Source of the DNA: Octopus sinensis
Lineage: Eukaryota
DNA length: 63,139 nt
Direction: 5' to 3'
Assembly: GCF_006345805.1 (NCBI RefSeq)
Contig: NW_021832001.1
Span: forward strand, 1 to 63,139
The position numbers and the translations under genes were made by a program. This document shows, piece after piece, positions 25,413 to 37,627 of this stretch. How positions within the stretch are numbered: position 1 is the stretch's first letter; every line of letters begins with the position of its first letter. The notes under the pieces were generated by a model. It was not told the origin of the DNA. It searched no databases and saw nothing but the letters and a program-made list of their open reading frames with translations.

Positions 25413-25869
25413 TAAGGAGAGGAGAAAACAAATTCAAAGGCCGATGTACATATTCATTCAATCCATATTAACGAAATTCTCCATGGTATACAAAGTACAT
25501 ACATAGATACATTCATCTATATGATATATAAAAAATTTCTTTTATATTCCTGAAGCGCTTGTCGGTTGAGCTGTAGAAAGTGGATACCTATATCACTTAT
25601 TCTTCATTATATAGCATATATATATATATATATAATATATATATACATATATGCCACACGCTAGGAGGGACATTCAAAGTCAATGGTAGTATTGACTTTG
25701 AAGGTCCCTCCTAGCGTGTGGCATTAAGTGTAATAAGGCCCTCTATATAATATGAATAAATATTTTCAAGTGAAAAAATTTTCAGATTTTTTCTCTTATG
25801 ATGTTTTTCACGCTAACTACCTGATAATTTCTTGTTAAGATTTCTTTTCAAGATTTTATCCTGAATTGT

Positions 25870-25926
<57 letters not shown>

Positions 25927-26091
25927 GACGGGCTTCTTTCAGTTTCCGTCTAACAGATCCTCTCACAAGGCTTTAATCGGCCCGAAGCTATAGAAGACAC
26001 TTGCCCAAGTGCCACACCGTGGGGCTGAACCCGCAACCGTGTGGTTAGGAAGCAAGCGTCTTACCACACAGCCACTCCTGAGCCACAGGAG
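25127..26091 (-). mobile_element. SINE family A split by ~500 bp of inserts in its internal TA run
   Basis: 3' half at 25127-25400 and 5' half at 25925-26091, colinear on the same strand. Confidence 0.8.
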
Positions 26092-27090
26092 TATATATAT
26101 ACATATATACGCTCACGCATATATCTGAAGAGAGACGGGCTCAACTAGGTTTAAACTGCATAAAACACCCTACATGTTTCGACAATGCCCCTACGATTTC
26201 AATACGAGTTGTGGGCACAATTCAAATCAATAAGTGTGTGCGTTTGTGTGTGTTTCTGTCTGCCAAATGCCACTCACGAGGAGGCCTATTAGGAGACTTT
26301 ATGGCCAATGTGTCGCGCTGTTGGACTGAACATGGTATGGTGTGGCTGCAAATCAGGTGAACCCTTTAATTTCATAGCCATATCTCTTTGAAACAAAAGA
26401 TAAAAAAAAAAGGACATTTAGTTTATCAGAGACAGTCTAGAGCTAAATAGAACCAGCTATTGAGACCAAAACGCCTTACCTTGACCACATGACCCAACAC
26501 ACTGCTTGTAACGTGAGATGAACCATTGATCTCGAGGCTAGATTTTTTTCCCTTTTTTTTTTGGTACGTTTCTTTCCTTCTATTCTCTTTTTTTTTTTTT
26601 TATTCACCTCGGCTTTCTATGTTCATCATGTAAACATCGTAAAGTATTTATTTCAACACAGCCTTTTTAATTTCACTGTTTTTGCAAGCTTCACTGCCAT
26701 TTATCTTGCTAAAATTAGTTAAAGAATGTTTTTTCTTCTTCGTTTTACAAAAGGTAAACCTAACCGCCAATGTAAAAGCAGTGTCAAATACCACTCTATT
26801 GTTTGCTCACAGTGGCGGCGGTGGAGGTGACGATGGTATTACAACTGGGTGACAGTGATGATGTTAGTGGTGGTCGGTTGGTAGGTAGGTAGGTAGGTAG
26901 GTAGTTTGGGATTTGGGCTTGAGGTTTGGTGGGAGGAAATGAAGTAACAGTGATAGAGAGACTTGAGGTGGGTGGCTACATTTTTATCATTTCATCATTT
27001 GCCGTTGTTCTTCTTGTTATTGTTGCCGATTGTTTTTAAGCGGAAAAGAGAGCAAGAGGGTGGTGGTCTGTTGTTCTTTTAAATTTTTCC

Positions 27091-27141
<51 letters not shown>

Positions 27142-28067
27142 GCAAGCATTGTTGTTGTTATTGCTATTGTTGTGGATATATTTTTGCAGTTTATTTGCTT
27201 TTTTTTTTTTTTCATGTTTTGTTACATTTTCTCAGGGTGGTAGGGACGGGTCGGGCCGGCGGAAAAATATTTAGTTGTTTAGATATTTGCTTTCTTTTAA
27301 TTTTAAAGGACAAGGGAGAAAGACGACAAATGTATACCTTCAATATCAACATCAACAATAATACCATAGAACAAAAAAGTGTATTATATCATATTTTTTT
27401 TGTTGTTATTTTCAAAAAAAATATTTCTATCTATATTTATATTTTTTTTTTTACTGATTTTAAAATTTTAATTTATTTAAAAATGAAAATTAAAAAAAAC
27501 AACAATAACAAAAAAAAAACAAATATAAATAAGAAGCATGCAAACAAATGAATGAAGATAGCAATAATGCCATCGTTGGTGATGATGTTGATGAAGGCGA
27601 CGACGTCGACGAGAACAATGATGATGATGGTGATGGCGCTGATGATGATACTACTACTACTACTACTACAACTACTACTACAATAAATAGTAGTAGTGGT
27701 AGTAATAATATTAATAATAATAGGTTTTTTTTTTCTCACTCATTTTTCCCCCTTCTTCCAAGATGAGGTTCCTTCAGATCAATTTCTTTGTCTTCTTTGT
27801 GAGTTGTGAAAGATTGGTCTAAATTACTACAGAGAAAATTGAAATAGCAAGCAAAGATTAAGAAGAGAAACCAAAAAACAAAACAAAAACATAAAAAAAC
27901 AAAAAAAAACAAAAAAAAACAAAGCAGGCCATCACCCCCCACAAAAAAAGGTTTATAACAACAACAACAAAAAGAATTTTAAGCAAAATATACCAACAAC
28001 AATATGACAGAAACAACGAAAAATCCGAACTACAATGAAAGTAAGCAAAAAAATTTTTCAAAAATAC

Positions 28068-28127
<60 letters not shown>

Positions 28128-28128
28128 C

Positions 28129-28174
<46 letters not shown>

Positions 28175-28179
28175 GTAAC

Positions 28180-28223
<44 letters not shown>

Positions 28224-28382
28224 TAATAACAATAATAATGACAATAATAATAAAAGTAATGAAATGAAAATTTTAAAAGCAAAAATTGTTTTTGAAATAA
28301 CATAAAAAAAAATAACAAAATAAGGAAAGAATATAAAAGATTAAAAACAACTCAGAATACAATATAGCCCCTTTGCCTGACA

Positions 28383-28424
28383 CTACGTCTTCCACCAATG
28401 GCACACTCCCCTCACACTCCAGTA
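28383..28424 (-). CDS. Candidate terminal coding exon of an unidentified host gene ([13 protein letters not shown])
   Basis: Acceptor-like ttccatttcatttcag, 13 codons to TAG, then ~1.7 kb of SINE-free UTR-like sequence with AATAAA (+ coordinates 26647-26652). Protein not recognised; phase assumed. Confidence 0.25.
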   Translation of the reverse strand, partial: YWSVRGVCHWWKT

Positions 28425-28547
28425 CTGAAATGAAATGGAACCAATATAAGACCGCCTTTGGACTGACTAAGAATAGGATGGAAATATTACACGTAGACAC
28501 ACAGATTCATACATATGCATGCACATACACGTATGTGCGTGTGTATG

Positions 28548-28627
<80 letters not shown>

Positions 28628-28749
28628 TATATATATATACACCCACACAGACACACTGAAAGAAGCGGGCAAGATTCTGTAACATCATCAGTCACTCACA
28701 GAGAAACTATTACAAAGCAATAATTTCAAATAAATCATCTCAAACATGG

Positions 28750-29006
28750 ACAGTAGTGGTGGCTGATGATGATGATGGCATCTGTGGTGGTGATGGTGAT
28801 GGTGGTGGTGGTATGGTGGTGGTAGTGGTGGTGGTGGGAGTAGTGGTGGGAGAAGTGGCAGTGATGATAATTGAGGAAGCGGTGGTGGTAGTGATAATGA
28901 TGATAATGATGATGATAGTGATGGTGGCAGTAGAGATACTGGTGGTGACGATGATGATTGTAGTGTAGTTCTGAAAGCGTGGTGGTGGTGGTAGTTGAAG
29001 CAGTAA

Positions 29007-29049
<43 letters not shown>

Positions 29050-29460
29050 TTTTTAACGTTAGTATTTGTATTAGTTGTAGGGGCCAATCTTTGTGGTAGG
29101 TGATGTGTTAGTGATGGTTTTTATGGTGTTAAATGCGACAGTAGTATTAGTGGTGGTGGTGGTGGTAGTAGTTGGATTAGTGCGGCGATGGTGGTGGGGG
29201 ATGAAGTGTTGATGTAAGTAGCGGTGGCAGCATTAGTAGTTTCAAATTTGGAGATGGTGACGGAGATGGTGATGGTAGAAGTGGTTTTGATGGTAGTGGT
29301 GGTAGTAAGGCTGAGGGTGGTGTTGGTGGTGATTGTCATAGTGGTAGTGATGGTGGTAGTCGTAGTAGCGATGGCGATGGCGGTAAATGTAGTGGTGGTG
29401 GTGGTGGTGGTGGTGGTGATGGTTGTCGTAATGGTGGTTGTGGTTGGTAGTAGTAGTGGA
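28750..29460. repeat. Degenerate (GGT/GAT/AGT)n trinucleotide low-complexity tract
   Basis: Directly visible. Confidence 0.9.
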
Positions 29461-29619
29461 AGTGGGGATTATACAGTAGGTGGCGTTGATGGTCCTACAT
29501 TAGATGGATATGATGGTCGCGGGTCGATAATAAATGAAATATAAATTTCAAATTTGAAAAAATTTGAAAATTTGAAAAAAAATTATTTTCCAAAATCGTA
29601 AAAGCATGGAGAAGGGAAG

Positions 29620-30870
29620 CGAGAGGGAGAGAGAGAGAGAGTGAGTGAGAGAAAGAGAGAGAGAGGGAGAGAGAGAGAGAGAAAGTGAGTGAGCGAGAGA
29701 GAGGGAGAGAGAGAGAGAGTGAGTGAGTGAGAGAAGGAGAGAGAGAGAAAGTGAGTGAGCGAGAGAGGGAGAGAGAGAAAGTGAGTGAATGAGGGGGAGA
29801 GAGAGAGAGAAAGTGAGTGAGTGAGAGAAGGAGAGAGAGAGAGAAAGTGAGTGAGCGAGAGAGAGAGAGAGAGAGAGAAAATATAATGAAGTTTAGGCAT
29901 ATGAGAAAGATATGTAATGAAGGGAAATGAAGAGACAAGGGTAAAGAAAATGAAAGAAAATGAAAGGAAGAAAGGAAGGGGAAAGAAAAAAGATGAGAAA
30001 AATGAAGAAGTAAAAGAGAGGAATAAGAAAAAGACAAAGAGACGGAAAGAGAAAGAAGGAAGAGAAACTGAAACGGCAAAAGAGAGAAATAAGAAGAAAC
30101 CAGAGAGAGACGGAAAGAGAAACAAGGCTAAAAGAATAATTTATGGAAGAAAGTGAAATCTAATGAGGCAGACAAGAGAAAGAGAGAGTGTTAAAAAGAG
30201 AGAGATTAGGAGAGAGGGAGAGAGAGAGTGAGTGAGAGAGGGAGAGAGGGAAAGTGAGTGAGTGAGAGAGGGAGATAGTGAGTGAGTGAGAGAGGGAGAG
30301 AGAGAGAGAAAGTGAGTGAGCGAGAGAGAGGGAGAGAGAGAGAGGGAGATAGTGAGTGAGTGAGCGAGAGAGGGAGAGAGAGAGAAAGTGAGTGAGCGAG
30401 AGAGGGAGAGAGAGAGAGAAAGTGAGCGAGAGAGGGAGGGAGAGAGAGAGAGAAAGTGAGTGAGCGAGAGAGGGAGAGAGAGAGAAAGTGAGGGAGTGAG
30501 AGAAGGAGAGAGAAAGAAAGTGAGTGAGTGAAAGAGGGAGAGAGAGAGAAAGTGAGTGAGTGAGAGAGGGAGAGAGAGAGAAAGTGAGTGAGTGAGGGAG
30601 GGAGAGAGAGTGAAAGAGGGAGAGAGAGAGAGAGAAGGTAAGTGAGTGAGAGAGGGAGAGAGAGAGAAAGTGAGTGTGAGAGAGGGAGAGAGAGAAAGTG
30701 AGTGAGCGAGAGGGGGAGAGAGAGAAAGTGAGTGAGCGAGAGGGGGAGAGAGAGAGAAAGTGAGTGAGTGAGATAGGGAGAGAGAGAAAGTGAGTGAGCG
30801 AGAGAGGGAGAGAGAGAGATAGTGAGGGAGGGAGAGAGAGAGAAAGTGAGTGAGGGAGAGAGACAGAGGG
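29620..30870. repeat. GA-rich compound minisatellite, unit ~ (ga)n-aagtgagtgagcgagagaggga
   Basis: ~28-36-bp unit in two blocks (29620-29880 and 30210-30870). Confidence 0.9.
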
Positions 30871-32021
30871 CGGTAGAGAAAGATCAGAACTGGTTGAAAG
30901 TAAGCATGATAGGAGAGGCGGGGTTGGGGGAAAAGCACGGAGAAATATCAATTAAAAAAGGGGAAGAAATCAAGAAGAAAAATGAAAAGAAAGCTGAAAT
31001 TTTTCTTAAAACATGTAAAATAATTCTGAATTTTTTGAAGTTATCTCCCTTTTTCTTTCTGAGCCGCTTACAGTGTTACCGCTAGGTTTTTGTCTTCTTT
31101 CTCCGACTAAGAAATAATCTTGACTTAATTGAAAATATTTTGCGTCGGTCGTTCAATGCATGATTTTTTTTTAACATGTCTCAATTCGTACGATTCGTCC
31201 TCCCGAGGATTTTTCTCAAACATTTATTTCAATTTTTTAATGTATGCAAATTACTAGAGCTAAAACTACTTTTCGTGTCCGAAAGGTTGAAAGACAAAGT
31301 TGACCTTGGTGGAATTCGAACTCAAGGTAAAAAGGGCCGGAAAAATTATCTGCAAAGCATTTTTCGAACACTCGAGTGATTCTGCTAGCTCACTGCCGAT
31401 TGCCATTTTTCCCACCTTCACCGAACTTTCAATAAAGTCAACCAGGACAATACCTCTCTCTTCGCCGTCAAATTCCTTTTAAAGTGAAACTTGATAAAGC
31501 CGATGAGGCGGGTCTCCGAAAAGGAAAGACTCTGTCGCCACACTGCTTCTTTCGCTATAGGCCACCAAACAGAAGGAAATTGTTTTCTCTGACTGCTTAA
31601 GGCAAGAGGGTGAGGTTGTCATCATCATGAACTCAGCCGACAGCCAGATCCAGCTGTTCAGCAAATTTTAATAAATCAGTAATTCTCGGACTCGGAACGC
31701 AAGCATGTAGAACGATTTCGACGCTCTACTCACACCTCGGACAAACCTGTCGGAGGTTGTGAATCAATCTGTTCGTGATCGCGCACGTTCTTGCTTCCTT
31801 GACCAGACTACCGACAACAAGGACAACACTTTTCGGTAACATCGTGGTCAAAATCTTAAAATCTGTGTTTGGCAGGGTTATGAACAGAATATTGCCTATC
31901 ATGTTCCCTTTCTCAGCAGTGTTACAACTAGCCGGCTCACAAAGCTAGCAATTGTCTCGTTTTACTAGTTGTGACAGACGTTTGCCAAGAGGCTACCATA
32001 CAAATCTGGTTCAAACTCGTA

Positions 32022-32254
32022 GGCGCTGAGCTGGCAGACATGTTAGCGCACGCCGGGCGAAATGCGTAGCCGTATTTCGTCTGCCGTTACGCTCTGAGTT
32101 CAAATTCCGCCGAGGTCGACTTTGCCTTTCATCCTTTCGGGGTCGATTAAATAAGTACCAGTAACGCACTGGGGTCGATGTAATCGACTTAATACCTATG
32201 TCTGTCCTTGTTTGTCCCCTCTGTGTTTAACCCCTTGTGGGTAGTAAAAAAATA
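32022..32254 (+). mobile_element. SINE family C monomer, full length
   Basis: Exact 25-bp TSD catacaaatctggttcaaactcgta (31997-32021 and 32255-32279). Confidence 0.95.
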
Positions 32255-32500
32255 CATACAAATCTGGTTCAAACTCGTAAAATTTGTAGTCAGACCATTC
32301 TGACTATCCTTATCTACTGACCAAGTGATTCCCAGACTTTTCCGGGCTGCTGCCCCCTTGGCACTCGGGCCACATTTCTAGCATCCTCCCCCACCGCACC
32401 TACTCACCATCAGAAACATAGACCGCTTTCTGCAGCAAATTCAAAACAACTTTATTTCACAAATAAAGAATTATTAACCCATTATTTTGCTATTGTTACT

Positions 32501-32795
32501 GGCGCATGGCTTAGTGGTTAGGGCATTCGGCTCATGATTGTAAGGTCGTGAGTTCAATTCCCGGCGACGCGTTGTGTCCTTGAGCAAGACACTTTATTTC
32601 ACATTGCTCCAGTCCACTCAGCTAGCAAAAATGAGTAGTACTTGTATTTGAAAGGGCCAGCTTTGTCAAATTTTGTATCAAGTCGAATCTCCCAGAGAAC
32701 TACGTGAAGGGTGCACGTGTCAGTGGAGTACTCAGCCACTTGTACTTTGATTTCACAAGTAAGCTGTTCTGTTGATCGGATCAACCGGAATCCTG
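32501..32795 (+). mobile_element. tRNA-headed SINE with CORE-like centre and family B tail
   Basis: A and B boxes; ttgtgtccttgagcaagacacttt; the 3' part matches the family B tail. Confidence 0.8.
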
Positions 32796-33132
32796 TGTGC
32801 CAGTTACATCCATCGCCCCCTTTTGGTCACGCCATTATTGCTTCCACTTTTCTTCAGCGCTCCCCTACTCCGAATATTTGTGTCTCCCCACAAACCCCAG
32901 AGGGGCTGTACCGCCCACTTTGAGAACCGATACACTAATTTAACGAGGCTGACCCGTTGTGGTTGCCCCATATCTACATTGAAACATCAGGTAAATCCAA
33001 TCGGTACCTCTTTGACTGTTGAAATCTTCTGAGTGTGTTTCCGAGGCTTTTGCACCCACTTTTTTCCTCTGCGCAAGCCCCATGCAGTCCTTCTTTGCAT
33101 CTAGAATGCTGTTCAAGTGCTTTGTTACTAGT

Positions 33133-33521
33133 GGAATGGAAGCACTCCGTCGGTTACGTCGACGAGGGTTCCGGTTGATCCGAATCAACGGAACAGCCTG
33201 CTCGTGAAATTAACGTGTAAGTGGCTGAGCACTCCACAGACACGTGTACCCTTAACGCAGTTCTCGGGGATATTCAGCGTGACACAGAGAGTGACAAGGT
33301 CGGCCCTTTGAAATACAGATACAACAGAAACAGGAAGTAAGAGTGAGAGAAAGTTGTGGTGAAAGAGTACAGCAGGGATCACCACCATCCCCTGCTGGAG
33401 CCTCGTGGAGCTTTAGGTGTTTTCGCTCAATAAACACTCACAACGCCCGGTCTGGGAATCGAAACCGCGATCCTATGACCGCGAGTCCGCTGCCCTAACC
33501 ACTGGGCCATTGCGCCTCCTA
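33133..33521 (-). mobile_element. SINE family B, full length
   Basis: TSD tgttactagt (33123-33132 and 33522-33531). Confidence 0.93.
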
Positions 33522-33865
33522 TGTTACTAGTAGTGATCTGGACGTTCCCAGGAATGGTTCTACACGTCTAAAGAAATTTGGCCTTCCAGCCCTTGGAGTA
33601 CAAACGGTCACAAGCCAAAGGCACCATCTTCGCTGATACTCATGTCCAGGACCACTAACTTGCAGTATCGGGCCAAGAAGATTATTCGTACCTTGAGAGC
33701 AATAATAATCCTTTCTAGTATAGGCACAAGGCCTGAAATTTGGGGGATGATGTAGTCGATTACATCGACCCCCAATACTCAATTGGTACTTAATTTATCG
33801 ACCCCGAAAAGATGAAAGGCAAAGTCGACCTCGAAAGCTAAAATTATTAATAATAATATAATAAA

Positions 33866-33899
<34 letters not shown>

Positions 33900-33980
33900 T
33901 AATAATAATAATAATAATAATATAATAATGACAATAATAATAATAATAATAATATAATAATAACAATAATAATAATAATG

Positions 33981-34027
<47 letters not shown>

Positions 34028-34450
34028 TAATAATAATAATATATGATAATAATAATAATAATAATAATAATCCTTTCTATTGTAGGCACAAGGCCTGAAA
34101 TTTGGTGGGAGGGACTGGTCGATTTCATCGACCCCTAGTACTTGACTGGTATTTATTGTATCGATTCCGAAAGGATAGAAGGCAAGTCTACCTCGGTGGA
34201 ATTTAAACTCAAAACATAAAGAGACACGAAATGCCGCTAAGCATTTTGTCAAGCATGATAACAATCCTGCCAGCTGGTCGCCTCGGCTACAACAACAACA
34301 ACATCAACAATGATTATAATAATCATAAAGGCAAAATTTAGAGGACTAATAGATCACCACCCACTGTCTTTTCCACTTATGTTCAGCAATGGTAAATGAT
34401 AAAATGATAAAAATGTAGCCCCACCTCATGTCATCCAACCTCATGTCATT

Positions 34451-34657
34451 CTCTCTTTTCTCTTTTACTTGTTTCAGTCATTTGACTGTGGCCATGCTGG
34501 AGCACCGCCTTTAATCGAGCAACTCGACCCCCGGGACTTATTCTTTTGTAAGCCCAGTACTTATTCTATCGGTTTCTTTTGCCGAACCGCTAAGTAACGG
34601 GGACATAAACACACCGGCGTCGGTTGTCAAGGAATGCTAGGGGGACAAAGACACACA

Positions 34658-34728
<71 letters not shown>

Positions 34729-35092
34729 CGGGAAGCTTTATGAAAATAAACAAAAGACGAAGGCAGGTGGAGTACAAACAAACAATTGTATTAGTATGGC
34801 GCTCAGGAATAGAAATAAAACAAGTCTTTTACGTTTCGAGCCTACGCTCTTCAACAAAAAGATACACAGAAAAGAAACACGGAGAGAAACAAGGAGAGAA
34901 AAAAAATGCGTGCAGAAGCTAGGGAATCAACATATATATATATATATAAATATATACGACGGGCTTCTTTCAGTTTCCGTCTACCAAATCCACTCACAAG
35001 GTGTTGGTCGGCCGGAGGCTATAGTAGAAGACACTTGCCCAAGGTGCCACGCAGTGGATCTGAACCCGGAACCATGTGGCTGGTAAACAAGC
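34451..35092 (-). mobile_element. SINE family A carrying an H2 element in its TA run
   Basis: Colinear SINE halves flank 34727-34930. Confidence 0.88.
34727..34930 (-). mobile_element. Subfamily H2 element with decayed hammerhead (34825-34862)
   Basis: Reverse complement of 22880-23081; core reads UUGUUGA. Confidence 0.8.
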
Positions 35093-35845
35093 TCTATCAT
35101 TTTTACTTCACTTGATCCCACTACAAAAAAATTACACAAAGCATATAGATGAATATTTGTGAAATTAATTCTTAATTTCATGCAATTATCTCCCTTCTTC
35201 TTTGGGACTCACTAACACTTGCTTGAAAGACGATTTCTTTCTCCAACTAAGAGTCTCATTTCAATTGTTTGATAAAAAAAAAAAAAAAAAATTTATGAAC
35301 GTCATTTAGTTCATCGCCTCTTTATCTAAATTCATGCTTTTAGCCGTGACTTATTTCCCTTAGCTCATTACGTTTATTTTAATTATGCAGGGACATGCAA
35401 ACTAGTAGAAGGCAGTGAAGCGTGGAGAATATTAGTAGTGGGAGAAAGAGGAGTGAAAGGAAATGGATTGGAGTGAAAAGAACTAAATAGAATTTTGATG
35501 AAACAAAGAGATGTCCCAAGTCGAAGACACTGGCGAAGTGCATAAGGCATATTGACTTCCTCTTCATTGATCGCATGTTCAAATCAACTGCAGGCATGTA
35601 CTTGCCCCTCCCCACTTTTTTTGTCAGAACATTGTATTGTACATAAGTGCAGGTTGTTGTTTTTATTGTTATATATCGCCTCAGCAAATGGAGAATACTT
35701 TGAAGGCGATAAAAGTGTAAAGATGTAAAACTAAGTGAATAATATATTATTGCAAAATTCTGGTTTCTTTTTAGTACAGCCTCGTTTATGAATGCCCGAA
35801 AGTCATAATCCTGCCTTAACCATCTGTTTTTACTTTCGATATAAC

Positions 35846-36168
35846 GGCTCAGTGGTTAGAGCGTCGAGCTTACGATCATGAGGTTGTGAGCTCGAATCCC
35901 GGACCGGGCTGCGTGTTGTGTTCTTGAGCAAGGCACTTTATTTTCACGTTGCTCCAGTTCACTCAGCTGTAGAAATGAGTTGCGACGTCACTGGTGCCAA
36001 GCTGTATCGACCTTTGTCTTTCCCTTGGATAACGCTGGTGGCGTGGAGAGAGGAGGCTGGTATGCATGGGCGACTGCTGGTCTTCCATAAACAACCTTGT
36101 GTCTAGGAGGGTAACTTTCTAGGTGCAATCCCATGGTCATTCATGACCGAAGGGGGTCTTTACCCCCT
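35846..36168 (+). mobile_element. tRNA-headed SINE with CORE-like centre and a third tail type
   Basis: ggctcagtggttagagcg...gagctcgaatccc, then ttgtgttcttgagcaaggcacttt; possible TSD tataacg. Confidence 0.8.
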
Positions 36169-36263
36169 TTATAACGCCCCTCTTAGACATAATATTTCAA
36201 AATTTATTTTCTTTTATTAAACAGAGGAGAGTTGTTGGTGGGCAGGAGATATAGGTAGATCAA

Positions 36264-37334
36264 AGCGGCGAGCTGGCAGAAACGTTAGCACGCCGGGCGA
36301 AATGCGTAGCCGTATTTTGTCTGCCGCTACGTTCTGGGTTCAAATTCCGTCGAGGTCGACTTTGCTTTTCATCCTTTCGGGGTCGATTAAATAAGTACCA
36401 GCTACGCACTGGGGTCGATATAATCGACTTAATCCGTTTGTCTGTCCTTGTTTGTCCTCTCTGTGTTTAGCCCCTTGTGGGTAGTAAAGAAATAGGTATT
36501 TTGTCTGCCGCTACGTTCTGGGTTCAAATTCAGTCGAGGTCGACTTTGCCTTTCATCCTTTCGGGGTCGATTAAATAAGTACCAGTTACGCACTGGGGTC
36601 GATATAATCGACTTAATCCGTTTGTCTGTCCTTGTTTGTTCTCTCTGTGTTTAGCCCTTTGTGGGTAGTAAAGAAATAGGTATTTTGTCTGCCGCTACGT
36701 TCTGGGTTCAAATTCGGTCGAGGTCGACTTTGCCTTTCATCCTTTCGGGGTCGATAAATTAAGTACCAGTTACGCACTGGGGTCGATATAATCGACTTAA
36801 TCCGTTTGTCTGTCCTTGTTGGTCCTCTCTGTGTTTAGCCCCTTGTCTGCCGCTACGTTCTGGGTTCAAATTCGGTCGAGGTCGACTTTGCCTTTCATCC
36901 TTTCGGGGTCGATAAATTAAGTACCAGTTACGCACTGGGGTCGATATAATCGACTTAATCCGTTTGTCTGTCCTTGTTGTCCTCTCTGTGTTTAGCCCCT
37001 TGTCTGCCGCTACGTTCTGGTTCAAATTCGGTCGAGGTCGACTTTGCCTTTCATCCTTTCGGGGTCGATAAATTAAGTACCAGTTACGCACTGGGGTCGA
37101 TATAATCGACTTAATCCGTTTGTCTGTCCTTGTTGGTCCTCTCTGTGTTTAGCCCCTTGTCTGCCGCTACGTTCTGGGTTCAAATTCCGTCGAGGTCGAC
37201 TTTGCCTTTCATCCTTTCGGGGTCGATAAATTAAGTACCAGTTGCGCACTGGGGTCGATGTAATCGACTTAATCCCTTTGGCTATTCTTGTTTGTCCCCT
37301 CTACGTTTAGCCCCTTGTGGGCAATAAAGAAATA
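36264..37334 (+). mobile_element. SINE family C hexamer within one TSD
   Basis: One full head plus five headless units; 17-bp TSD aggagatataggtagat (36244-36260 and 37335-37351). Confidence 0.92.
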
Positions 37335-37627
37335 AGGAGATATAGGTAGATGGAACGTCCATACTGCTTCGTTTGTTGTTTAACCCCTAGTGAAACAAGA
37401 TCAATATGACCTATGGTCAATGATGTTCGAACTGTAGCAGTCCTATCTTTTATCCACAAAGTATATTTAGGTCTGCAATGAGTGGTTTCTTTCTAAAGAT
37501 TTTAGAGAAATTTGGCCGTTATTTCTTGTAGCCTGACGAAGATGTAGAAGCTCCTTGCATAATTGTTATTTTTTGTTAAGCTCCAGGTCACTCCTCATCA
37601 TGCAGACACACGATCAAAAGTATTCTT

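Larger units (their letters stand above)
31420..33700 (-). mobile_element. Highly decayed Tx1/L1 LINE (endonuclease and RT remnants) interrupted by three SINEs
   Basis: GRPNFFRRVEPFLGTSRSLLVT/KHLNSILD is APE-like and joins across the SINE at 33133. 31530-31680 and 31830-31950 resemble the LINE at 14570-14760 and 16120-16240. Confidence 0.7.

Noticed and set aside
29495-30951. Long Ser/Leu ORFs of up to 265 aa
   Set aside because: Translation of the GA/TC minisatellite.
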